A stretch of 64,000 nt of DNA from the NCBI GenBank assembly GCA_965116885.1, contig OZ220741.1:3136001-3200000 (forward strand), in the 5' to 3' direction. This document shows, in pieces, positions 19,311-27,326 of the stretch. The stretch's first letter is position 1. Every line of letters starts with the position of its first letter. Source of the DNA: Candidatus Latescibacterota bacterium. GTDB taxonomy: Bacteria; Latescibacterota; UBA2968. The notes beneath the pieces are model-generated. The model was given only the letters and a program-made list of their open reading frames with translations, searched no databases and had not been told where the DNA came from. The position numbers and the translations under genes were made by a program.

Positions 19311-19904
19311 ATGCCGCGTAAAAACAGGGTTCTTAGCATAGGCGATACCGCCCCCTTATTTACTCTCCCTTCGCATCAGTGGCAAGACGTATCGCTCGTA
19401 TCGTATCGAGGTAAAGAATATGTCATTCTGACGTTTTTTCGGGGGACCTGGTGAAAAAGAAGTCGTCGTCAGTTGGCGGCTGTGCAAGAACATATAGATG
19501 CTTATATGGAACATAATGCGATAGCGATCGCTATCGCAGCAGGACAGCAACTCTGTGAACTGCGCGAATATGCCGAACGAAGTGGTATCACCTATCCACT
19601 TCTGGCCGACGAAGACCGGGGTGCCATCAAAAGCTATGGGGTCTATCACTGGTACGGTCTGGCGTTTGCTCACAATCTCATTTACAACATTTTGCGTCCA
19701 GTGGAATTTTTCATCGACAAACTCGGCTATTCGTTATACAACTGGCTCGGTCTGCCAGACCACAGCCTTGTTCACAGTATTGCCCGTCCAGCGACGTTTA
19801 TCATCGATAAACTCGGCATTGTCAGATATATGTATATTGGTTCGAATCAGTTTGATTTAGCCGAACAGAAAGAAATTATCGAGCACTTGAAATTGCTACC
19901 ATAA
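19311..19904 (+). CDS. AhpC/TSA (peroxiredoxin-like) protein, probable selenoprotein with TGA read-through at 19452-19454
   Basis: ORFs 19212-19454 and 19473-19904 are in the same frame. Joined: IGDTAPLFTLPS..VILTFFRGTW-(TGA)-KRSRRQL..YPLLADE..ARPATFIIDKLGIVRY. The TGA sits at the first-Cys position of the RGxWCxxC motif. Confidence 0.78.
19461..19481 (+). promoter_or_regulatory. Candidate bacterial SECIS hairpin
   Basis: AGTCGTC-gtcagtt-GGCGGCT, a 7-bp stem with two GU pairs and a G-led loop, starting 7 nt after the in-frame TGA. Confidence 0.5.
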
Positions 19905-20044
19905 TTCAGGTTAAAAAATAAATAAAACTTGACAAAAAATAGGTGGTGTTCAAATATTCTTTTTATATTAAGGACTGTTTTTTCTCAGACTTAAGCAGGT
20001 GTCCTGTTACCTGTCGATAATTTGGATTAAAATGAGGTGATAGA

Positions 20045-21226
20045 GTGCAGATACAGATACCTTCTTCATATCAACCCGGGTATGAAAAAGCGCTTCTGAC
20101 CGATCCCGACCTCGCCAAAACGTACATCCAGCACACGCTTATTGGCGACCCCGATGCCGATGCTCTGATCAATGGATTAGCTGATATTGATGAGAAGCAA
20201 CAGGGCGAATTTATCAGGGCTGGGATGGACCTGGATGAGGAAAAACTGCGTGATGCGCCTCAGGAATTACGGGCGTTTTTTGAGAAGGTCGGGACGCCGC
20301 CCGCGTGGTTTGATCCCGAGTCAGTATATCCCGGATGCCGTGGCTTCCAGGCCTATTCAGATCTGTTTCTTACCTCGTTTGTCGTGGATATTATTGTACA
20401 GGGTTTCACGACGCTAATCAGCCAATCGTTTTTTACCACAGGAAGGCTGACCGATCAGGGGGTGCGGCGGCTAAAGCAAAATATACTTCACCTCTTAGAG
20501 ATTATGTTGCCGGGTGGCCTGGAGCGATACGGCGAGGGCTGGAAATTGTCTGTCCGTCTGCGGCTGGTGCATGCACAGGTCAGGCGGCATCTTCTCGCTT
20601 CTGAGGAGTGGGACTATGAAGCCCACGGCATGCCGATCAGTACTGCCCACATCGCGCTCGCGTCCTGTAATTTCTCCGGAATGCTGTTGCGGTCAGCCAC
20701 GCGAATTGGCGCACGTCTAAACGATGAAGAACGCGACAGTTTTATGCAGATATGGCGCTATACCGCTCACCTGATGGGTGTGCCCGAGGCACTCTTGTTC
20801 AGCAATGAGACCGAAGCCTGTGAAATATACCGCGTGGGTTACATCTGCGAGCCGCCTCCCGGTCTGGAAGCTATTGCTATGGCAAACTCGGTGATTGCCT
20901 CGGCTCCTTACGTGATCGGTATTAAAGACGAGAAAGAGCGAGATAATCTATCTGGTTTTGGGTACCGCCTTTCCCGAGCGTTGATTGGAGACGAACTCGC
21001 CGATCAACTCATGTTCCCCAAAAGTCGGACATCTGGGCCTGGGACACTGGTATATTTGCGGCTGAGGCGCAGAATCCAGGAGATCCTCGATGTCCTGCTG
21101 TGGTGGAGACCGAGTCATCGTACCCAAAGCTTCATGGCCTTGCTCGACGTATCTACGCTCGAAGAGCATAAAATCAGTTACCGATTACCCGACAAGCTAC
21201 ACGCAGACGAGGCGAAGCCGTGGTGA
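20045..21226 (+). CDS. MpaB/rubber oxygenase (Lcp)-like DUF2236 heme oxygenase, paralog 1
   Basis: GDPDAD, PAWFD, RRLKQN, VRLRLVHAQVR (heme His motif), WD..HGMPI, WRYTAHLMGV; no signal peptide. Confidence 0.85.
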   Translation: MQIQIPSSYQPGYEKALLTDPDLAKTYIQHTLIGDPDADALINGLADIDEKQQGEFIRAGMDLDEEKLRDAPQELRAFFEKVGTPPAWFDPESVYPGCRGFQAYSDLFLTSFVVDIIVQGFTTLISQSFFTTGRLTDQGVRRLKQNILHLLEIMLPGGLERYGEGWKLSVRLRLVHAQVRRHLLASEEWDYEAHGMPISTAHIALASCNFSGMLLRSATRIGARLNDEERDSFMQIWRYTAHLMGVPEALLFSNETEACEIYRVGYICEPPPGLEAIAMANSVIASAPYVIGIKDEKERDNLSGFGYRLSRALIGDELADQLMFPKSRTSGPGTLVYLRLRRRIQEILDVLLWWRPSHRTQSFMALLDVSTLEEHKISYRLPDKLHADEAKPW

Positions 21227-21304
21227 GGTATGACGGTCTTTATCCACCAACATATAATGAGGAAATCATTCGCTCGGTGAACGCGTCGTCGCACTTAATC
21301 CGAA

Positions 21305-23608
21305 ATGGTCGAAGGAGTGACTCTTTTGCAATTGGAACGCTACACCGCTGTCATTTTGCGCTATCGATGGTTGGTCGTTGCGCTTACAACACTGGTCATG
21401 CTGGCATTGACGGCAGGTGTTCGCTTCATCACCGTTACGAACGATTACCGCATTCTGTTTGGCGAAGACAATCCACAACTCCTCGCTTTTGACGCTCTGG
21501 AGAACACGTATTCGGCCTCCAATGCGGCACTGATTGCCATTGCGCCCCGACATGGCTCGGTGTTTACCCGCGAGGCGCTTGGCGCGGTTGAGGAATTGAC
21601 CGAAGCCGCGTGGCGAGCGCCATATTCCAGCCGCGTCAATTCCCTGACCAATTATACCCATAGCGAAGCACTCAATGACGATTTGGTGGTCGCTCCGCTC
21701 GTTGATGACGCATCTTCTCTGAGCGATGCCGATGTGGTGCGAATTGAGAAGACCGCGCTGGATGCAATTGAAATTGCCGGGCGTCTGGTGTCTCATGATG
21801 GGCGCACTGCCGGGGTGGCTATTAATTTTATCCTGCCCGAAAATCAGGACCAGGCAGTGATCGAAATTACCGATTATCTCAATTCGGTCCTGAGTCAAGC
21901 CCGCACGAGCCATCCGGATATCGATTATTACCTGACCGGCGATGTCGTCATGCATCGGACTTTTGCCGATGTCACGAAGAACGACATGGAGACTCTGACA
22001 CCTGTTGTGTTTCTCATCATTGTGGGTGCCACAATTCTTCTCCTGCGTTCGATTCTCAGCACTTTGGCCATTGTCGCCATGCTCGTGTTTGTCATCAATA
22101 CGACTATGGGATTTGCCGGCTGGAATGGCGTGGTGTTCAGCCCCACCAATGCCGGTGTGCCGATTATTGTCATGGTGATCGCCATCGCGGATTCGATCCA
22201 CGTTGTCACGAGTGTTTTATTGGGTATGAGGCGCGGTCTGGACAGAAATGCGGCGATTGTCGAGTCGATCCGCATCAATGCCTATCCGGTATTTATTACT
22301 TCGGTCACGACGGCGATTGGATTTCTCAGTCTGAATGCCTCAGATTCGCCACCTTTTCACGTTCTGGGCAATTACGTGGCATTTGGCGTTTTGTGCGCGC
22401 TTGTTTACACTATGACGCTATTGCCGGCATTGCTTTCGATTTTGCCGTTGCGCGCGTCTTCTGCCCAGTCCGAGGGGACGGCTTTTTTCGACCGTTTTGC
22501 CGACTTTGTCATCGCCCGTCGCAAATTTCTGCTCTGGTTCGTCACTGCGGTTGTCGTTGTCCTGATACTCGGCGTCCCCCGCATTGAGTTGAGCGATAAC
22601 ATGGCGCAGTATTTTGACGATCGCTACGAGTTCCGGCGCGATACGGATTATATTATTGATAATCTGACTGGTCTGGATAAGCTGGAATATTCGCTGAGTG
22701 CAGGGCGCGAAGGGGGTATTACCGATCCGGATTATCTGCGCCAGGTCGATGCTTTTGCCGAGTGGTACCGGGAACAACCCGAAGTGACCCATGTCCAGGC
22801 ATTTTCGGATATTATGAAACGTCTCAATAAAAATATGCACGGCGACGATCCAGCTTTTTATCGCTTGCCCAAAGATCCGGACCTCGCGGCGCAGTATCTG
22901 TTGCTCTACGAGTTTTCTCTTCCGTTTGGCAGCGATCTCAATGACCGCATAGATGTCGCGAAATCCGCTACGCGCCTGAGTGTCGTGACTAAGAATGCGT
23001 GGTCGCGAGATTTGCGTGAACTCGATAAGCGCGCACAGGTCTGGCTCCAGGCGAATGCACCCGCTTTTGCCAATGAAGCATCGGGTTTGAGCATTGTCTT
23101 TGCCCACTTATCTCTACGAAATATCAATAGCATGTTGCGCGGTACGATCACTGCGATGGCACTTATTTCGTTCATCCTGATCTGGATTTTCAAGAGTGTT
23201 CGGGTCGGTCTGCTCAGCTTGTTGCCCAATTTTATCCCCGCAATTATGAGCTTCGGTCTGTGGGGCTATCTCGTCGGTCATGTGGGCATTGCATCTTCGG
23301 TGGTGATCGCCGTTGTTTTTGGAATTGTCGTGGATGATACGATTCATTTTTTGAGCAAATATTTGAAGGCCCGGCGCGATGGCCTTCCCGCACCCGAGGC
23401 CGTGCGCTATACTTTTAACACGGTGGGCCATGCGTTATGGACGACGACCGCAGTGTTGTCAGTGGGCTTTCTGGTGTTCGCCACATCGGGATTTGAGGTT
23501 AGTTGGGCACTCGGCCTTTTGGTCACGGTTACGATTGTCTTCGCGCTTGTTGCCGACTTTTTACTTTTGCCAACTCTGCTGATTGCTATTGATCGGAGAA
23601 ATTCATGA
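21305..23608 (+). CDS. MMPL/RND family lipid exporter
   Basis: 767 aa with two repeats of periplasmic loop plus TM bundle; AIADSIH and GIVVDDTIHF motifs. Confidence 0.9.
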   Translation: MVEGVTLLQLERYTAVILRYRWLVVALTTLVMLALTAGVRFITVTNDYRILFGEDNPQLLAFDALENTYSASNAALIAIAPRHGSVFTREALGAVEELTEAAWRAPYSSRVNSLTNYTHSEALNDDLVVAPLVDDASSLSDADVVRIEKTALDAIEIAGRLVSHDGRTAGVAINFILPENQDQAVIEITDYLNSVLSQARTSHPDIDYYLTGDVVMHRTFADVTKNDMETLTPVVFLIIVGATILLLRSILSTLAIVAMLVFVINTTMGFAGWNGVVFSPTNAGVPIIVMVIAIADSIHVVTSVLLGMRRGLDRNAAIVESIRINAYPVFITSVTTAIGFLSLNASDSPPFHVLGNYVAFGVLCALVYTMTLLPALLSILPLRASSAQSEGTAFFDRFADFVIARRKFLLWFVTAVVVVLILGVPRIELSDNMAQYFDDRYEFRRDTDYIIDNLTGLDKLEYSLSAGREGGITDPDYLRQVDAFAEWYREQPEVTHVQAFSDIMKRLNKNMHGDDPAFYRLPKDPDLAAQYLLLYEFSLPFGSDLNDRIDVAKSATRLSVVTKNAWSRDLRELDKRAQVWLQANAPAFANEASGLSIVFAHLSLRNINSMLRGTITAMALISFILIWIFKSVRVGLLSLLPNFIPAIMSFGLWGYLVGHVGIASSVVIAVVFGIVVDDTIHFLSKYLKARRDGLPAPEAVRYTFNTVGHALWTTTAVLSVGFLVFATSGFEVSWALGLLVTVTIVFALVADFLLLPTLLIAIDRRNS

Positions 23609-24414
23609 TACCAATACGACCAATACACCTGTTTTTCGCGTTTTGTCCAATTATTTTGTTTTGTCTCGGCGTGTCATCACCCGCTCGTTCCGAAACCGCA
23701 GAGGAAACCGGGTTGAAAATCGCTCAGGATTCCCAGGATCGCGAGAAGGGTTTTGGTAATTTTACAGCCCAACAAACCATGGTGTTGCGCAACAAACACG
23801 GGCAAGAGAGCCGTCGCCAACTCCGGGTAAAGGTTCTCGAGGTCTCCGAAGATGGCGACAAGAGCCTGTTTGTGTTCGATGAACCGCGCGATGTCAAGGG
23901 AACGGCGTTGCTTATTCACGCGCATAGGGAAAGCGCGGACGACCAATGGCTTTATTTGCCTGCTCTGAAACGCGTCAAGCGCATTAGTTCGTCCAACCAG
24001 TCCGGCTCTTTTATGGGAAGTGAATTTGCTTATGAGGACCTGACCCCTCAGGCTGTGGAGAAATTTACCTATCGTTACCTGCGCGACGAGGCATATAGCG
24101 ATTTGACATGCACGGTCTCAGAACGCTTTCCCGTGGATAAGAAATCGGGCTATAGCCGCCAGGTGGTCTGGAGGGATAAGGACGAACTTCGCGTCTGGAA
24201 AGTGGAGTATTACGATCGCAAGAATTCACATCTGAAGACGCTTACTCTGGAGAATTACGCGCAGTATCTGGATCGTTACTGGCGCGCTGGGGAGATGACG
24301 ATGGTCAATCATTTAACCGGGAAAAGTACGGTTCTGACCTGGACGGATTTTGAGTTTCAGACAGACCTCAATGATCGTGATTTCACACAAACTGGGCTGA
24401 AACGGGTGCGTTGA
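23605..24414 (+). CDS. Outer membrane lipoprotein-sorting (LolA-like) protein
   Basis: Signal peptide; PRDVKGT, DDQWLYLPALKRVKRI, SFMGSEFAYEDL. 4-nt overlap with the MMPL gene. Confidence 0.88.
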   Translation: MIPIRPIHLFFAFCPIILFCLGVSSPARSETAEETGLKIAQDSQDREKGFGNFTAQQTMVLRNKHGQESRRQLRVKVLEVSEDGDKSLFVFDEPRDVKGTALLIHAHRESADDQWLYLPALKRVKRISSSNQSGSFMGSEFAYEDLTPQAVEKFTYRYLRDEAYSDLTCTVSERFPVDKKSGYSRQVVWRDKDELRVWKVEYYDRKNSHLKTLTLENYAQYLDRYWRAGEMTMVNHLTGKSTVLTWTDFEFQTDLNDRDFTQTGLKRVR

Positions 24415-25682
24415 TGTTACGTCGTACCGCTCTTCATATTTTAACTTTCGACGCTGTCTGGATTTTGTCCCTGGTCTTTGCCATTAGCGCAGGTGCCGAA
24501 ATTGGGATTGACCGCGATTTTTCCGGGCGCGTGAATATCGAAAGCCGATGGTTTCCCCAAGCCGGTGCCTTTTCCGGCCAGGGGGCTCATGCCATCGGTT
24601 TTTTTGTGGAACCCAAACTCTATCTTGCAGACGCTAAGGGTCGAAGCCTCACGCTATCGCCGTTCTTTCGCTACGACAATGCGGACTCACGCCGCACCCA
24701 TGCCGATCTGCGCGAAGCCTATTTTCTGATATTCGGCGAGATCGGCGATGGTGAATGGGAGTTGCGCGTGGGTATTGACCAGGTTTTCTGGGGCGTTACG
24801 GAATCGCAACATCTGGTCGATATTGTCAATCAGATCGATCTGGTTGAACATCCAAATGGAGAGACAAAGCTGGGACAACCGATGGTGAATATCACCTATT
24901 CCAGCGATTGGGGGATAGTGGAGTTTTTTGTTTTGCCGTATCACCGGGTGCGCACGTTTCCGGGGCAATCTGGCCGCCTGCGCCTTCCGCTCGTGGTGGA
25001 AGATGAGCAGGTCGAGTACGAGAGCGAAGGGGGGGAGTGGCATCTGGATTTCGCAGCCCGGTACAGTCAAAGTTTTGGGGTTGTCGATGTTGGCCTGAGT
25101 GTGTTCAACGGTACCAGCCGGGAGCCTTTTCTAATGCCGGGTTCGGACCGTAGTGGTGCGCCGGTATTGGTTCAGCACTACGATCAGATCCGTCAGTTTG
25201 GGCTGGATGCGCAACTCACTGTTGGCTCGTGGTTGTTCAAGCTCGAGGCTATTCAGCGTGCTGGTGCTCGCAATCTGCTCGGGATAAAAGAAGATTATGT
25301 GGCTTCCGTTTTTGGCGGCGAATACGCGTTTTATTCCGTCTTTGGCTCTGCAGTTGATGTCAGCTTGCTCGGCGAATGGAATTACGATGGGCGAGGGCGA
25401 AATGCGACGCCGAGTCGCTCGCCCAATACGCTCGAAAACGACTTCTTTTTTGCTACGCGCCTCGCGTTCAACGATGTTCAGAGTACTGAAATTGTCGCCA
25501 GTATTCTGGGAGATGTAGATCGCGCGACACGCGCACTATCTATGGAATTGGATCGACGCATCTCAGATCTGTTGTCTTTAAACCTGGAGGCGATTCACCT
25601 TCTCAGTATTGATAAAGCGGATATCCACTACGATACGCGGCGCGATAGTTTTATTGATCTGAGGCTGATTTACCATTTTTAG
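24411..25682 (+). CDS. Outer membrane beta-barrel protein (DUF1302-like partner of MMPL/LolA modules)
   Basis: Signal peptide; LREAY, RVGIDQVFWG, C-terminal aromatic IYHF; overlaps the upstream gene. Confidence 0.75.
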   Translation: MMLRRTALHILTFDAVWILSLVFAISAGAEIGIDRDFSGRVNIESRWFPQAGAFSGQGAHAIGFFVEPKLYLADAKGRSLTLSPFFRYDNADSRRTHADLREAYFLIFGEIGDGEWELRVGIDQVFWGVTESQHLVDIVNQIDLVEHPNGETKLGQPMVNITYSSDWGIVEFFVLPYHRVRTFPGQSGRLRLPLVVEDEQVEYESEGGEWHLDFAARYSQSFGVVDVGLSVFNGTSREPFLMPGSDRSGAPVLVQHYDQIRQFGLDAQLTVGSWLFKLEAIQRAGARNLLGIKEDYVASVFGGEYAFYSVFGSAVDVSLLGEWNYDGRGRNATPSRSPNTLENDFFFATRLAFNDVQSTEIVASILGDVDRATRALSMELDRRISDLLSLNLEAIHLLSIDKADIHYDTRRDSFIDLRLIYHF

Positions 25683-25701
25683 TTATTGCACAATCTCTAA
25701 T

Positions 25702-25793
25702 TAAAAAACAACCCCACCCGGAATACCCTGGCGGGGTTGTTTGGTTGTATGAAGAAGCGATCACATTACCACAGGTGACATACCCGGTTCGCC
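25702..25793. repeat. Degenerate direct repeat of 33155-33248 (sulfatase 3' end plus bidirectional terminator)
   Basis: 26-bp identity accacaggtgacatacccggttcgcc at 25768-25793 and 33223-33248, plus similar flanks (ttgtttggttgtat) and hairpin aaacaacccc..ggggttgttt. Confidence 0.9.
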
Positions 25794-25850
25794 TTGTGAA
25801 CTGCACGCATACGCCGAACGAATTGGTAGTCCTTCGGTCTAAGACGCACT

Positions 25851-27278
25851 TTACGCGTGACGCTTTGACACGGTCATGGGAACGGGAGCTTTCACCATGG
25901 AAAGCAGGAAGAGAGCGCTGACCCGTTCCTTGAGCGGACCGGGAGAGACAGTATCAAGTCGCAACCGCTGGGCGGTGCTCGCCAAAAAATAAACGCAGAC
26001 GCGCATGGCAAATTCCCTTCCTGTACATTGGCGGGTATCATAACCGAACGGCATGTAGGCACACGGAGGGCGCTCCGGCTGTGGGTCCTTCAGCCAGCGC
26101 TCTGGCCGAAATTCTTCGGGTTGATCCCAATATTGCGGGTTCCGATTGTGGGCGTCTATAACGCTCAACACCATCGTCCCTTTGGGAATACTATAGCCAC
26201 CGAGATCATAATCCTGCCTTGTGACCCGGTTCAGCACAGGTGCGGGAGCCCCAAGTCGCAGAGTCTCTGACATAATGGCCCTGGTATAGGAGAGCTTATC
26301 ATAATCTTCGACCATGATCTGACGATCACCCAGGACATCATCGACCTCCTCTTCCAAACGCCTGCGCACTTCGGGATAATAGGCGATGTGGCCCACCGCC
26401 TTCGTGAGCGCAATCAGCGTTGGATCGATCGGAATCGTGATGTTTTCGACCAGCAGATCGTGAACCTCAAGGTCGCTGAGAAGTCCCTCTCCATCCTCCC
26501 TGGTATTCGCATCTATCAGACGCGAAGCCATGCTGTAGGGGGCATGGGACCCATTGCGGACTTGTTCGATGGTCTTGTAGATCAAGGCACTCAATTCCCA
26601 GAACGATTTTTTGGAACTTCTGCTCCTTGGCAGGGGGAACTTTCTAAGCAGCGATGTGCCCGGAAGAGCGCAGAGTATCATGTCCTGCTTGTATCCCTCC
26701 ATCGCATCCACGACGACGCTCGGCCGGATAGCGTCGAGTGCGTTTCCGAGATTCATGCGAATAACGCAATGCGCCTGGAGATCTCTCAATTCCTTCCAGA
26801 GGTGAATCATCTGGCCAGGCTTCCAGCGTGCGTGCAGTGCCTGGATATTCTCAATGATTCGCGCTGAATGTGCCTCCAGGAACTTACGGTCCAGGAGCCC
26901 TGGCCCCATCAGTTTGAGCGACCTTTCGTAAAACGCATCATCGCTCCCGTTCAGGCCCAAAGTACATTCGACAAAAAGACTCTTCTTTTCCGGGTTCATG
27001 TAGTCTATCGGGTTGAACTTGCGAAACGCCTGTACGGGTGGACCGTCTGGATTGTCTGGATCAGGGATTTTTGCTGTTAAAACTTCGTGTATGAGATCCA
27101 GATCATACACGATGCAGTAATTCAGGACCGGCATCTTGTAGTAGCTGATGTCACCGTATTTCTCGCGAAGCTCTTTCAGAAAACGGGAAAAATCCGACAT
27201 ATGTTTTATCAGATTGTACAGCTTGGGTCCCCTGGGACCGGGAGGCAATTTTGGGCTTTTTTTGATTGACTTTCGCAT
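25851..27278 (-). CDS. Cytochrome P450 (atypical I-helix)
   Basis: LPPGP, ETLR (ExxR), PERW, PFGYDTRQCTG heme-Cys motif; I-helix IPIDPT in place of AGxET; GAGGAGG RBS. Confidence 0.9.
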   Translation of the reverse strand: MRKSIKKSPKLPPGPRGPKLYNLIKHMSDFSRFLKELREKYGDISYYKMPVLNYCIVYDLDLIHEVLTAKIPDPDNPDGPPVQAFRKFNPIDYMNPEKKSLFVECTLGLNGSDDAFYERSLKLMGPGLLDRKFLEAHSARIIENIQALHARWKPGQMIHLWKELRDLQAHCVIRMNLGNALDAIRPSVVVDAMEGYKQDMILCALPGTSLLRKFPLPRSRSSKKSFWELSALIYKTIEQVRNGSHAPYSMASRLIDANTREDGEGLLSDLEVHDLLVENITIPIDPTLIALTKAVGHIAYYPEVRRRLEEEVDDVLGDRQIMVEDYDKLSYTRAIMSETLRLGAPAPVLNRVTRQDYDLGGYSIPKGTMVLSVIDAHNRNPQYWDQPEEFRPERWLKDPQPERPPCAYMPFGYDTRQCTGREFAMRVCVYFLASTAQRLRLDTVSPGPLKERVSALFLLSMVKAPVPMTVSKRHA

Positions 27279-27326
27279 ACGTCAATCCTCCTCATTTAGA
27301 TCTATGTCATAGCAATTCAAAAGCTA

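Noticed and set aside
19452..19454. Pseudogene interpretation of the split AhpC/TSA gene
   Set aside because: The only lesion is a TGA exactly at the redox-Cys column with a hairpin following and no frameshift, so Sec is more parsimonious, though unproven.
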